Below are positions 49,441 to 61,472 of a stretch of 64,000 nt of DNA, one piece after another. Positions within the stretch are counted from its first letter, which is position 1. Every line of letters begins with the position of its first letter. Made by a program: the position numbers and the translations under genes. The DNA comes from Camelus ferus (Eukaryota). The notes below the pieces were generated by a model. The model was given only the letters and a program-made list of their open reading frames with translations, ran no database searches and was not told the DNA's origin. The stretch is taken from assembly GCF_009834535.1 (NCBI RefSeq), contig NC_045696.1, positions 118,546,001 through 118,610,000 of the forward strand, given 5' to 3'.

Positions 49441-50115
49441 ACCCAGACTTTATCCTTTTGTTACAGTTAGATTGTCTTTTACCACTTAGATATTTATCCC
49501 ACCCAGAGTATTTTTTCCTAGAAACAATCAAAATAAATGTATAAATAAAAAAATAAAATCCTCTATTAAGAGAGGAAATGTAAGAGCTGCTAATTATGGG
49601 CTGTGGGGACAAAACTCTTCCCAGTGCTTTGGGAAATCTTGCATTTTTAGAGATTATCATTGTCTCAAAAATGATGAGATTTGTCTCACACAGATGGAGG
49701 ATCTTTGGTTTGTCAATTGCTTGTGAGAAAATGTAATAGTTTTGCACCAGATGTCCAGGGAGTAGGGTCCAGTGAACCCATTTACTCTCCCAACTTACGT
49801 AACTCAGTAGTTGTTGAAGATATTTTATGTGCTTTTTTTAATACAAGGCTGTATGGGTAAACAGTTATACATGGCACAAAGCTGGCGTTCAGTTCAGAAA
49901 GGTCCAGATTTTTTTTCAAGCCTCCACCTTCCCCTTTCTCTGTGCTGTGGGCGGCGGCGGTCGTGGGCTTGCTCTTGTTTGTTGCTTTCTTTTGTTTTGT
50001 CCAGGACTAGAAAGACATTGTGGCTTAAAATAGTCCAGATCGTCTGGAGAACTTTGGGGATTGTCTTTGATTTTTTTTTCCCCCCATTTTCTTATCCTTG
50101 CCCCCTTCATTTTAG

Positions 50116-50215
50116 GAAGAAGAATTAGAAGCCCAGATTTCCTTCCTGCAAGGACAGCTGAATGACCTGGATGCCATGTGCAAATACTGTGCAAAGGTGA
50201 TGGACGCTCATCTTG
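50116..50215 (+). CDS. TBC1D5: TBC1D5 coding exon (100 nt, phase 0 to 1): EEELEAQISFLQGQLNDLDAMCKYCAKVMDAHL, predicted coiled-coil segment
   Basis: Pyrimidine tract plus TTTTAG acceptor (AG 50114-50115), TTG|GTGAGT donor; phase matches the previous exon; matches recalled TBC1D5. I did not find the next exon inside the window. Confidence 0.96.
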
Positions 50216-50429
50216 GTGAGTGAGATACTTTGGCCGTGCAGATGATGACAGTCACAGCCACCAGGGCCTGTGCTGAGCTTGCTTCATGTGAATTATGTCA
50301 TGTAATCCTCACAGCCGGGCTCCAGTAGATGCATGGTTCTGTCCACAAAGATTAATAAAATTTTCCAGAATTGTGACACTAGTAAGTGGAGTAGAAATTC
50401 AAAATCAGTCTGACTATAGATTTCAACTC

Positions 50430-50663
50430 TTTCTTTAATTGAAGTATATTTGATTTACAGTGTTGTGTTTGTGGTGTACAGCATAGTGGTTCAGTGATAC
50501 ATATATTCTTTTTCATATTCTTTTTAATTATAGGTATTACAAGATACTGAATATAGTTCCCTGTGCTCTACAGTAGGACCTTGTTGTTTATCTATTTTAT
50601 AAATAGTAGTGTGTATCTGCTGATCCCAGACTCCTAATTTATCCCCCCAGTCCCCTTCCCCTG
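50430..50663 (-). mobile_element. L1 3'UTR fragment inserted at the end of a MIR (about 50270-50420)
   Basis: ttaattgaagtatatttgatttacagtgttgtg…; TSD GATTTCAACTC (50419-50429) / GATTTCAGCTC (50664-50674). Confidence 0.85.
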
Positions 50664-51724
50664 GATTTCAGCTCGTAACTGCTACACTGCCCTTTGTGTA
50701 CGTCTATCTGCCGCAAAGCAAAATGAAACGTCGAGCTTTCAAGATAAGATAATCAGCTCTACTGTGTGCTAGCCTGTCCATAGTCCCTAATGTGATTATT
50801 ATTTTGACAGTGCTTTACTTTTTAAATAAATGTTTTGAACCACCTGCCTGAAACGTCTGTCAGACTCACATGACCTTTTCTTCCTTCTGACTTTATATTC
50901 TAGGAGATGTCTTAGTTTGAAGTTGTTTACATGTGTGTTGTACGTATGTCACATAGGAAGTCTTTAAGCATTACTCTTCACCTTTATGAAAACTGTGTAT
51001 TTTGTATTAGAAATGGTCTCTGCTGGATCGCATATGTATTGCTTCAGTAACTCCAGGCTGCTTGCAAAGCTTTTGTAACACATACAGTTACTACGTTTCA
51101 GGGAGAAAGGAAAGGACATCCCTTCCTTCTCCTTCCTCCAGTGTCTAGCATCTGCAGTTTGGGAGCAGATTAGGGAACTGAGTCACGTGCCGTAATGGAA
51201 ATGGCCAGGATGCAGCCCTGTGAGTGTGGAGAAGGGGCAGCACCACGCACTGTAAGACATCAGGACACATCCCACCGGTGCAGGAAACCAGACCGAGCCC
51301 ACCAGGGTCTCCTCCCACTGGCTGGGGCCCTGAGAGCGGCCCATATCCGGGGCCTTCGCTGAAGGTGGACCCCACCGGGCTCTCAGCTCATTAGGTCACA
51401 AGTCACTGCATGTGGCCAGAGTGGCTCTCATTGGTACAGCCTAAAACATCCTGGCCTCAAGCAAGTAATAAACGTTCTCTTATGGATTTGAAGAGGTGCT
51501 TGATTGGGAGTGGCTGGCCGCCTCCCAGTGTCTTACCAGGCAGCCGGCTGGGCCCTGTTCTGTCCTCGGCCTTCTTTCTGCTTTCTAGACCCTCCTTCAG
51601 AGGAAGGGCTCAAGAGAGGGAAACAGCAGGAGAAACCCTGGTAAGTGATCAAAAGGGTAGTGTCTCTAACCAAGCAAACATTCCCCTGTCACAAATGATT
51701 CCACCCTCTTCAAAACTCCATTTA

Positions 51725-51826
51725 GAGGGGAGGGTATAGCTCAGTGGTAGAGCACATGCTTAGCATGCACGAGGTCCTGGGTTCAATCCCCAGTACCTCC
51801 GTTTAAAAAATAAATAATATTTTTAT
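51725..51826 (+). mobile_element. Near-consensus tRNA-Ala(AGC)-derived camelid SINE
   Basis: Intact A box (51737-51747) and B box (51780-51789); TSD AAACTCCATTTA (51713-51724) / AAACTCTATTTA (51827-51838); A-rich tail. Confidence 0.92.
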
Positions 51827-53220
51827 AAACTCTATTTATATGCTTCTTTATGCTCAAGTTTAAAAGTGCATATAGAATTTTACAAGAATCTTATCTGATA
51901 GCATCATACTTAAAAATGCCTCAATAAGAAATAATAAAGAGATAGTTTATATATAAATTAATATGTATTATACTAGTTTCAGTTAAATATTTTAATATTT
52001 TAATTTTAAACTAAATGTGTGCACACACATGTGTGTATTTTTGGCTTCTCTAGCTACGTGACTGACCTTTGTATGACTTGATTTGGGTTTTGATTGAAGT
52101 CGGGTAGCAAAAAGTGACTGAGAAGGTTTACTGAAATGCTGGAAAAATCCTGTTAGGAAATTTCCAAGTTGTTTGGTCCACATAGCGGCTTTTAAAGCAG
52201 CTTTACTTAAGCCTGAGAGTTTTTCAAACAGTTTTTGTTCTGATTTTGTTCTTTCCATCAGCACTCAAAGAGCATTTTCTCGTTGCACGGAAGGGGGAAA
52301 CACCACAGTTAAAGACAAGCCCGTACCAGCTGTGAATTTTCAACTGGCTGCAAAACTCGATTTGTTTTCGGGTGTCCGTTTCACTTTCAGCCAGAACCCC
52401 TCCGCATAGCTGTCGGCTTCTTTTCCTCAGATAAATAGCGTGACTACATTTTAACAGTGGGGGTGAGGGTTGCTACAAAGAATTTCTCGCCCTAAGGCCT
52501 ACAGGTGCATTTTATTTCTTCTGTGTATATAACACTGGTTTGTTAAAGGGTGTTCCTGTGTTGTAGGCAGTTTTGATTCTCAGCAGAAATTTGAGGAAAA
52601 CACAAAGATTAATTGAGGTGAGCCTCTTGATTTACTTTTTGACTTATTACACTTCCCTTAAAAGTAACTTTAATACCCTAATATTTTTTCCATATGAACT
52701 TTTCTATTTTTCCTGTTCGGTAAAGTGGTGTAAAATTGGAACAACTGAAAAATTTCATTAAGTGATGGATTATAATATAGTAATGCAATCTTTATAATTT
52801 TAAATACTTTATTGTTAACTTAAGGAGTTGTTCATGATGTACTATCAAGTGAAAAAAGCAGGTGGCACAGTGGAATATATTTGACGTGAAAATCACCACC
52901 AACAGAGGTGGCCTGAGCGAGAGGAAGATTACGGAGGGACTTTCCAAGGGACCTCATCCTCTGTGCTTGGAAAATCTGTAGACAGCTCAAGTGCTCAAAC
53001 CAGCACCTGGGGGTCGATCTTTGCGCCGTAAGCAAGAGTCCGCTCTAAGAGCGGCTGCAGTGGTACCTGAGAGGGAGAGACAGCCTAGTGGGCATCAGAC
53101 AGACACAAGGTTGAAACCAGGCTCTGCCGCTTCTGAGGTCAGCCTGCTTGTGGTCATGTCTTCACATAGAAAATGATAATACAGGTGTCTGTGTTGTAGT
53201 TCGTTGCCAAGACTGATGTA

Positions 53221-53316
53221 TTTTTTTTTTTTAAATCGAAGTACAGTCAGTTACAATGTGTTAATTTCTGGTGTACAGTCATGCATATACATACATATAT
53301 TCATTTTCATATTCTT
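53221..53316 (-). mobile_element. Short L1 3'-tail fragment inserted into a + strand MIR (about 53085-53365)
   Basis: Poly-T followed by aatcgaagtacagtcagttacaatgtg; TSD AAGACTGATGTA (53209-53220) / AAGACCGATGTA (53317-53328). Confidence 0.85.
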
Positions 53317-55094
53317 AAGACCGATGTATTTTTAAAGCCCAGCATGGGCTGGGTGTTCAACACAAACCCTTCCCTCTCTCCCCTTAACTCATAACTGCCC
53401 CTTCTCCTGGGAGACCCTGGGAGACTCATCCAGCCCGTGACCAGAGAGCTGAGTAGTGACTTGTCTAGGGCCCCAGGCTAGTGAGGGGAAGAGCTGGAAG
53501 CAACACGTTTCCCGACACCTAACTTGAATATTCCTGAATCAGATGATGCAAAAAGATGCTGGAGTTTGGGCTGTGCGGGTCCTTAGAAGGGGTGTGTGAG
53601 CTCTTTGAGCAGGAACAGCTTTGTCAGAACTGAGCGGTGTGTCTGCACTCCCTGGCATGAGCTCTGCTGAGGCTCCCCGGGGGCCCTGAGAATTGCCTCA
53701 GACACTCATCCTGGGAGTTACTGCTCTGAACCCTGTGCTAAGGTTAGTTAGTTTCACTAAGTTCCTTTCATTTGGAGAGAATTCCATATCACCCTGTGTT
53801 TCATCAGACATGCAGTGATATCTTAAAACGGCCAGTATGATTGAAGGCTACTTTTACAACTTATAGAACATGTAGAGAGAAAAACATCTCAGGTAAAAAT
53901 TACATAAAAGCACGTGTTTCAGTGGTCCTTCAATTATAGCGATAATAAAACTGATTAGCAGTTATTTCTCTCTGGTTCTGGAACCCAAAACTGAAAGTGT
54001 ATTTGCTTAATTGAAACTCTACCAAAGGTCTCATTTCATTGCTTCCACATAATTGAACCATGTGAACTCAAAGATTTAGAGACGGGAAATTGAAAGTATG
54101 TGTTTTATTAAATCTAAATTTTTCCTATCCACTCCAGAAGACTTTTTTTACATGTTCATTTGTCTGTTGCTATAGTTACACCCCTTCCTGTCATCCTGAC
54201 AGTTGAGTTGAAAACCATGGCCAGTGTGAACCTTCGTAGCTGAGTCAGGCTATTTTTAGGTGTTCGGTTTGCTGTCCTTCACACATAATTGCACGTGGGT
54301 GCGCCGCCTGCAGGCTCTGATCTGTGAGCAGTGGGGCCGAGTGTGCCACCCACCCTGCCTGCTCGCAGGGGAGGTGTTTCTGTTCATCTGTTTGGTATTT
54401 ACACGAGTTTCCAGCCCCGTGCCCTCTCATTGGTGGTTCACACAGACAGTGGGAGGGTTAAATGCAGTGAATTAGGGGAAATTAGGTTTCCCATGAACGG
54501 GCTGAGAGCACTGTGGTCCACAGGCCCTTAGACAGGTGAGGATGCAGGCGCCCTCCAAGCCCTCGCTGCTGCTCTCCATCTCACAGGTGGAGAGACCTCG
54601 GCCCAGCAGGGTCAGTGGCGCACAGCTACAGTATCTACAGGATCCAGACACACAGCCAGGAGCCCAGACCCCACTCCAGGCCTTGGCTCCTCTTCCCCTG
54701 AGGCTTGTGCTGAGGCCACCCTTCAGTCAGTGGTTGGATTTCAGATCTGCTGTTTTATCGCACACATCCTTCCTGATCTTGTACTTGTCATAATATTTAT
54801 GCAAGAATTAACTGTGAGAGGAGGCCATTTTTGAAAATCAGTTTATTTGCCTCTGCAAGAACTTTGAGTCTGATTTTCTGATGTTTATAAAAACAACGTT
54901 CAATAGATGTCTGTGGAAATGTTCACTAGGCAATTAACTGATGACATTTGAAAAACTGAGAAGGAAAATGTGATCACCAGACAGCTTTTTCTCTGTCAAC
55001 CGCACTGTGATAAAAGCTTTTTGTAATTATTTTAAGAATTTTAAATGCCGCATTTAATTGTGAGAGGCCAAGTCCTCTGGAGAAGAATGAGCCA

Positions 55095-55230
55095 TACTTC
55101 CCCTGGGGATCTTGTTAAAAATGCAGATTCTGATTCAGTAGGTCAGAGGTGGGGCCCAAAGAGATGTTATCATCTCTACTAGCCCCTGGGGGCCCTGGTG
55201 ATACTAGGTCATGGCAGACTTCAAGCAGCA
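55095..55230. mobile_element. MER5-like fragment
   Basis: cctggggatcttgttaaaaatgcagattctgattcagtaggtc…gggtggggccc. Confidence 0.7.
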
Positions 55231-55585
55231 GGAGAACCTAAAGTCCTTTGGGAAAATGTAGTTCCTGTGTTCCTCACCCTGTTCCCGCATTCGTGACCCC
55301 ACTTTTGGGGCGCATGCGCAGCTGGCTCTGGGCGGAGCCCTCTGCATTCTGAGGCGGCCTTCAGCCCCCTGGAGTTCAGTGCTGTTCTCACCTCTGTTCA
55401 GCCTTGCTCTCTCCTAATGGAAATCATTTGGTCCCTGGTTTTATTATCAGAAGACTGGGAAGCATCTTCCTTGCACCAACTCTGTACCTATTTAGAAAAA
55501 CTTAGCAGACTGTACACTGGCTTCTCCTTTCCTGGGCTCTGGTGACACATCCCTAATCACATGGCCTCAGTACAGACCATCCATC

Positions 55586-56234
55586 CTGTTGTTTTTTAAT
55601 TGAAGTAGAGCTGATTTACAATGCCATGTTAATTTCTGGTGTACAGCATAGTGATTCGGTTTTATGTATATATATATTCCTTTTCGTATTCTTTTTCATT
55701 ATAAGGCTATTACAAGGTATTGAATACAGTTGCCTGTGCTATGCAGTAGAGCCTTGTTTTTTTCTCTGTTTTATATGTAGCAGTTACTATCTGCAAATCC
55801 CAAGCTCCCAGTTTTTCCCTCCCTACCCTCTTTCCCCACTGGTAACCATAAGTTTGTTTTCTATGTCTATGAATCTGTTTCTGTTTTGTAAATAAGTTCA
55901 TTTGTGTCTTTTTTTTTTTTAGATTCCACATATAAGTGGCATCATGTGATATTTGTCTTTCTCTAACTTACTTCTCTTAGTATGATAATCTCTAGTTCCT
56001 CCATGTTACTGCAAATGGCATTATTTCATTCTTTTTTATGGCTGAGTAGTATCCCATTGTATAAATATATCACATTTTCTTTATCCAATCATCTGTTGAT
56101 GGACATTTAGGTTGCTTCCATGTCTTAGCTATTATAAATAGTGCTCCTATGAACATTGGGGTGCATGTATCTTTTCAAATTAGCGTTTCCTCCAATATAT
56201 GCCCAGGAGTGGGATTGCTGGATCATAGGTTAAG
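55586..56234 (-). mobile_element. L1 3' end (ORF2 C-terminus and 3'UTR), antisense
   Basis: ttttttaattgaagtagagctgatttacaa…gggattgctggatcata; degenerate TSD ACAGACCATCCATC (55572-55585) / ACAGACCAAACATC (56235-56248). Confidence 0.9.
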
Positions 56235-57180
56235 ACAGACCAAACATCTTTCATCATTTTATTTTCCATGTCATGGCCTCTCCATTTTCCCACATGCTTT
56301 TTTCCACAGGAGGAACCCAAATTGGATATCTTTCTCTCTTTCTTTCTCTTTTTAAAATATAATTCCCAAATCCTTTGTCTTTCTTAAACTGTCTACCTGA
56401 ACACATAACCTGTCCTCTGCCATCCAGTACCAGGCTGCCTCTCCACCTCCTCCAAACCCAGCCTCTCCAGCAAATAACCCAGCGGCAAAAGACTGGTCCA
56501 CCCCATCCCCCATCTCAGTAGAAACCAGCTCACAGCCAATAGCTTGAAGGCTCAAGGACTGTGTGGCCACCACAGGCATCTCATGCTGAGCCTAAGGGCT
56601 TGTGGAGGCAGGGCTGGGGAGGCAGAGCCTGAGGTAAGGAGGCTAACGTTCACTGTCACGGACTGTGTTTACTGCTGAGGAGTGGTGCTTAACTTTCACC
56701 AGGTCCTCATGCCCACCAAACCTTACGGCCTGAAATTCACACACACACAAAATCCATCTGAAACCCAGTTCAAAGGGTCTCATTGGACTAAACGATGTAA
56801 TTCTGGACAAAGAGCCAAACTTCTCCCTCCTTGCTCCCAAATGAGAAGGCGTGATGGCAAAACACCAGGGTGTTTCCTGTTTGTAAGGCCCTAGCTCTGT
56901 TTCTGCTTTTATTTTTAGAAATACATATCCTGACAAAGACATCTGTCCGTTACTGGAGCTTAGAGACCTGTTCCTGGTTGACCCTAAGATGGCAGCCATA
57001 TCTTGAATCGGGTGGATTTCACCATGAGAAGCTGTGCTTCCATGACCCCCTCTGGCTGGCAGGGTGGTCAGTCCTAAGAGAAGAATCTGCCAGACAGTTG
57101 AGATCATTACAGATTTGGAACCCTGTGCTAAGCACACTCAGCTTGCTTTAGAGAACTAGCTATTGGCCCGAACACTAATC

Positions 57181-57388
57181 TTTTTTTTATTGAAGTGTAG
57201 TTGATTTACAGTGTTGTGTTAGTTTCAGGTGCGCAGCAAAGTGATTCAGTTATACATACATATATGTTCTTCTTCATATTCTCTTCCATCAGAGGTCGTT
57301 ACAGGATACTGAATGTAGCTGCCCTGTGCTACGCTGTAGGTCCTTGTTTGTCTGTTTTATATACAGTAGTGTGTGTCTGCTGACCCCA
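57181..57388 (-). mobile_element. L1 3'UTR fragment, antisense
   Basis: ttttttattgaagtgtagttgatttacagtgttgtgttagtttcaggt…. Confidence 0.85.
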
Positions 57389-58164
57389 CCCAAGCCTAAC
57401 CTTCAGTGCAAAGCACATACCTGCCTAGTCTTCCCTTGGGCTTCCCTGAGTCGTGCTCCTCCCCAGTGCTGCATTTAGGCTCGTCACCCATCCTGGCAGC
57501 TGAATGCAAAGTAGGCCCCTTGATTATGTTTTCTGTGCGATCTGCTTTTTGCTTTTTAAGAAAATACTGAGCTCAAAACACCTGACTCAGTACTTGGCGC
57601 TTAACAGGCCATCAGTGACGGTCTCTGCCTCCCCTGCCCCTCCCACCGCTCAGGCCAGGATCTGCTTAATCATGTTGGCGTCCCTTAATTCTTCATTCAG
57701 AAACAGCGCACCTACATCCGTTCCTCAGGAGATAAAAATCAGCCCTGATGCTGGCAGGAAAGCCTCACGTCGGTCATTCAGCCAGTGTTTCTTAAGTACC
57801 TGATTGGTAGGGAGCAGTGGAGGAGAGCTTTTACTGTTGAGCTCCGTGTGTATGGAAGAGGTGAGCAGAACTCCAGGGAAGGGAAGGAGCGCAGCAGAGA
57901 ATACACCTCATCGGAAATCCCTAAAGTGACACGTAGCTTCACAGGATGCAAACTAGGGCCCCCCCAGAGCACCAGTGACCTCGGGAACACTGGCAGGGAC
58001 AGGTGGGGTTCTGAACTCATAGGAATACAGTGAACAGACACCACATTTGGAACCAAAAGACCTGGAGTCCAGGACTTACTGTGCAGAACTGTGCAGGTTC
58101 AGGAAATTTTTCACCTCTGAGCCTCATCTCTGAGTGATAGTTGCAAGAGTAAAAGACAATACAT

Positions 58165-58795
58165 GGCACCCAGTGTTCACAGCAGCACTGTTCACAACAG
58201 CCAAGACACGGAAGCAACCTAAGTGTCCACCAACAGAGGACTGGATAAAGAAGCTGTGGTATATTTCTGTAATGGAATACTACTCAGCCATAAAAAATAA
58301 TAAAATAATGCCATTTGCAGCAACATGGATGGACCTGGAGATCGTCATTCTAAGTGAAGTCAGAAAGAGAAAGACAGGTATCATATATCACTTACACGTG
58401 GGATCTAAAAAAAAGAAAAAAGAAGATACTAATGAACTCATCTACAAAACAGAAACAGACTTGCAAACATAGTAAACAATCTTAGGGTTACTGGGGGAAA
58501 GGGGGTGAGAAGGGACAAATTTAGGAGTTTAAGATTTGCAAATGTTAACCAATATGTATAAAAATAGATAAAAAAACAAAGTTCTTCTGTATGGCACAGG
58601 GGAGTATATTCAGTATCTTGTAATAACTTTTAATGAAAAAGAATATGAAAACAAATATATATATATGTGCATGACTGGGACATTATGCTGTACACCAGAA
58701 ACTGACACATTATAACTGCCTATATTTCAATTTTTAAAAAAGGATGGGAAAAAAATCAATATAAAATAAAAGAAATAAAATTTAAAAAATTTTTA
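58165..58795 (+). mobile_element. L1 3' end (ORF2 C-terminus and 3'UTR), sense
   Basis: ORF 58134-58472 contains HPVFTAALFTTAKTRKQPKCP…EYYSAIK; 3'UTR and degenerate A-tail follow. Confidence 0.9.
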
Positions 58796-60261
58796 AACAA
58801 TATAAGTTGAATCAGGATGGAGTCCAACAACTGGATGCTTGCAGAGGGAAGCCTTGATGCCTGACAGTTTTAAGGTGGACTTTGGAAAAAAGGAGAATGC
58901 AGTGTATTAAGGAGAGTGGGAGGGCCTTCTGGACGGGGACTGGCATTTGCAGGGACGGTCAGAAATACACACCATGTACTAAAGGGTGGATCTGACCTGC
59001 ACCATCTTCTCCTAAACCTGCCTTCTCCCAAGATCAGGACAGCTGGGGCACACAGTCTGTGGGCAGAAATCCCTCTGCTAATGGTCCCACCAAAGCCATA
59101 AGTGACTAATACATGTCTGCCCCCTCCTTGACCAACAGCCACATCATAAACCTCTACCACTCTCAGCAAGTGTGTGCCCCTGGGGCAACCCTGCATTTGA
59201 CCCCTGCATATTTCCTCTGGGACAGTCCCTTATATGAATTTGTCAGAGGTCAGGGTAACTGAATCTCTATCAGAGATTCAGAAATCTCTGGGGTAAGAAC
59301 CCACTAATCTGGGTACTTAAGGAACTAGAGAAGGAAAAAACATACTAAGCAATGACAGACAAAGCGAGGCAGTATGCTAGCAACCGGCCGCCGTGATTAT
59401 CGCACCTGTCTTCCGAGACAGCTGTTTCTCCATCTTACTGATGGGTTTAATGACAGACCCATCAGTGTTAAGCCCAAGGTCCTCAAAGTCCAGGCTGTAT
59501 GATGCTAGTGCCAGTGTTCTGAAAAGCTCCAGGGGAAGTGACTGGCAGTCTGTTTTGTGCAAAGGTGACTCTTGCTGGCTGACCTCACTTAGGTCATTCT
59601 GCTACCAGATAAAGGGCTTGGCATCTCGAGGCAATGGAGTCAGCGCCAGGACACCATCCTGTGCCCCTTCACATCTCCAGCACCCCCATCAGCGTCATAG
59701 GCATCATTGTGGATGTTGGGAGGGTTCAGGGGTCCAGTCAAGCTGGAATCTGCTCCTCGCTCCCCCACTGTCTGGTCGGGAGACCTCAGATAGTGACCTG
59801 GCATTTCTGAGTCTGGCTCCTGCTTCTGTGACAGGGCATGGTCCCCATCTAGAATGGTCATTGAGACAGTCAGAGGAGGCCAGGTGGCTGTGCAAAAATG
59901 GAAGCTGTGGGTGCTGAGCGACTGTGGTGGACTGGGTGCTGGGCTGTTTACTTATTCTTCACAGTGATCCTATGAGGAGGGTCTGCCATCAGCCCTCAGG
60001 CACAGGGAGGGTCAGTGACTGCCCAGTTTCACCCCCACTGTAGGCAGACGGTCATTCAGCTTGTACCCCCTTTCCTGATCCTTCTTAGTGAAGACAGGCT
60101 CACTTACCTACCTCTGTTCCCGCCATTTAGCTGAAAACGCGTTTACTCTGGCATTGCGGAGAGGAAGAATTTGAGGAAATTGGAAAGTAGTTTGTGTGCC
60201 GTTTCCATTATCCTTAAAGACCGATTTTTGTGGCAATGACATTTCATTAAAAACAGTGGAG

Positions 60262-60394
60262 GCAGGGAACGTGTAGCTCAGTGGTGGAGCGCGTGCTTAG
60301 CATGCAAGGGGCCCTGGATGCAATCCCCAGCACCTCCATTAAAATAAATAAACAAACAAACTGAATCACACTCCCCCCAAAAAAAACCAAAAAC
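60262..60394 (+). mobile_element. tRNA-Ala-derived camelid SINE with tail
   Basis: gtgtagctcagtggtggagcgcgtgcttagcatgc…; TSD AAAACAGTGGAG / AAAATAGTGGAG. Confidence 0.9.
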
Positions 60395-61224
60395 AAAATA
60401 GTGGAGTCACCATGGGATTGTTATGTTGATGAAATTTTTGTGTAATTTCCACAGAAGTGGTTAGTTCTGTGAGGTTTTTCCCTTCGGATTCAGTGCCCAA
60501 CATTTATAATACGTGATGCTTAAATAGAAGAAGGTTACAAAGAACTTAATTGTCCTGCTACACAGGGGAAAAAAGAGACCTTATAACGTCGTTTATTCTG
60601 CCTCTTGCTATAAGGAAGCATGTACATTACATTGGAAATGTAACACAGTTCACCTCTCTGCTTTTAATATTTTAAGGTATGAAAAGGCACCATTATGTTT
60701 TCCTATTTTTACATGAAGATGCAACTTAAAACAATGGATTTGTTACTGAGAAGCTATATATTAGGAAAATGTTCTTAGTTGCTACCGGAAATCAATTTAC
60801 AGTGGAACTAGCTAGGCAGAGGATTTACATGGTCAGTACTTTGTTAGTAAAATAAAAATTCTTGATTTGAAACACTTAGTAGCCTCTGAAGATGCCTTTT
60901 TGTTGTGATTTGAATTTCTGTACCCTGGATTCCTTCAAGTGTGCTAGTAAACTTAGTTGACTGTAGCAGAGTTTATCCTTAAAAGCAAGTGAATGTTTTA
61001 TGTATACATGTGGGTTTTGGGGGGAGAAGGCCCTGGTTTTCATCGTATTCTAAGAGGTGATCTTGGACCCAGTCTGAAGATCAAGGCTGAGGACTGTTGG
61101 GTGAGACTGCACTGCCGATGACGCTAAGACCCTGGGCTCTTCTCCCTCCACGGGGGTGCCCTCGGCCTTGGTCCCCTTCCATTAGAGAAACTGGGTGATT
61201 TTCAGCCTGTTTGGCAGTTTGGCT

Positions 61225-61472
61225 GCTGTCCTGGTGTTCCCCCCAAATTTGTGTTTATCCAGAATCTGTGAATGTGACCTTATTCGGAAGTAGGGTCTTC
61301 CCAGATGTGATGAAGTTGAGAGGAAGTGGGAAGGAGGCAAGAGAGAAAGCTCCCCGAGAGCCTGCAGGGAGCGCAGCCCCCAGCACCGGGCTCTGACTCA
61401 GTGCCCCCAGAACTGAGAATAAACTTCTGTTGTTTTAAAGCACCCAGTTTGTAGCACTTTGCAGCTAATACA
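61225..61472 (+). mobile_element. MaLR LTR (MLT1-type), internally deleted; followed by another old LTR-like piece to about 61810
   Basis: gaatgtgaccttattcggaagtagggtctt…aataaacttctgttgttttaaagcacccagtttgt…ctaataca. Confidence 0.75.

Noticed and set aside
51730..51801. Bona fide tRNA-Ala gene (also at 23516, 32682, 44865, 49304, 60262 and the 22.5-kb cluster)
   Set aside because: TSDs, A-rich or SINE tails, stem mismatches and high local copy number identify these as SINEs.
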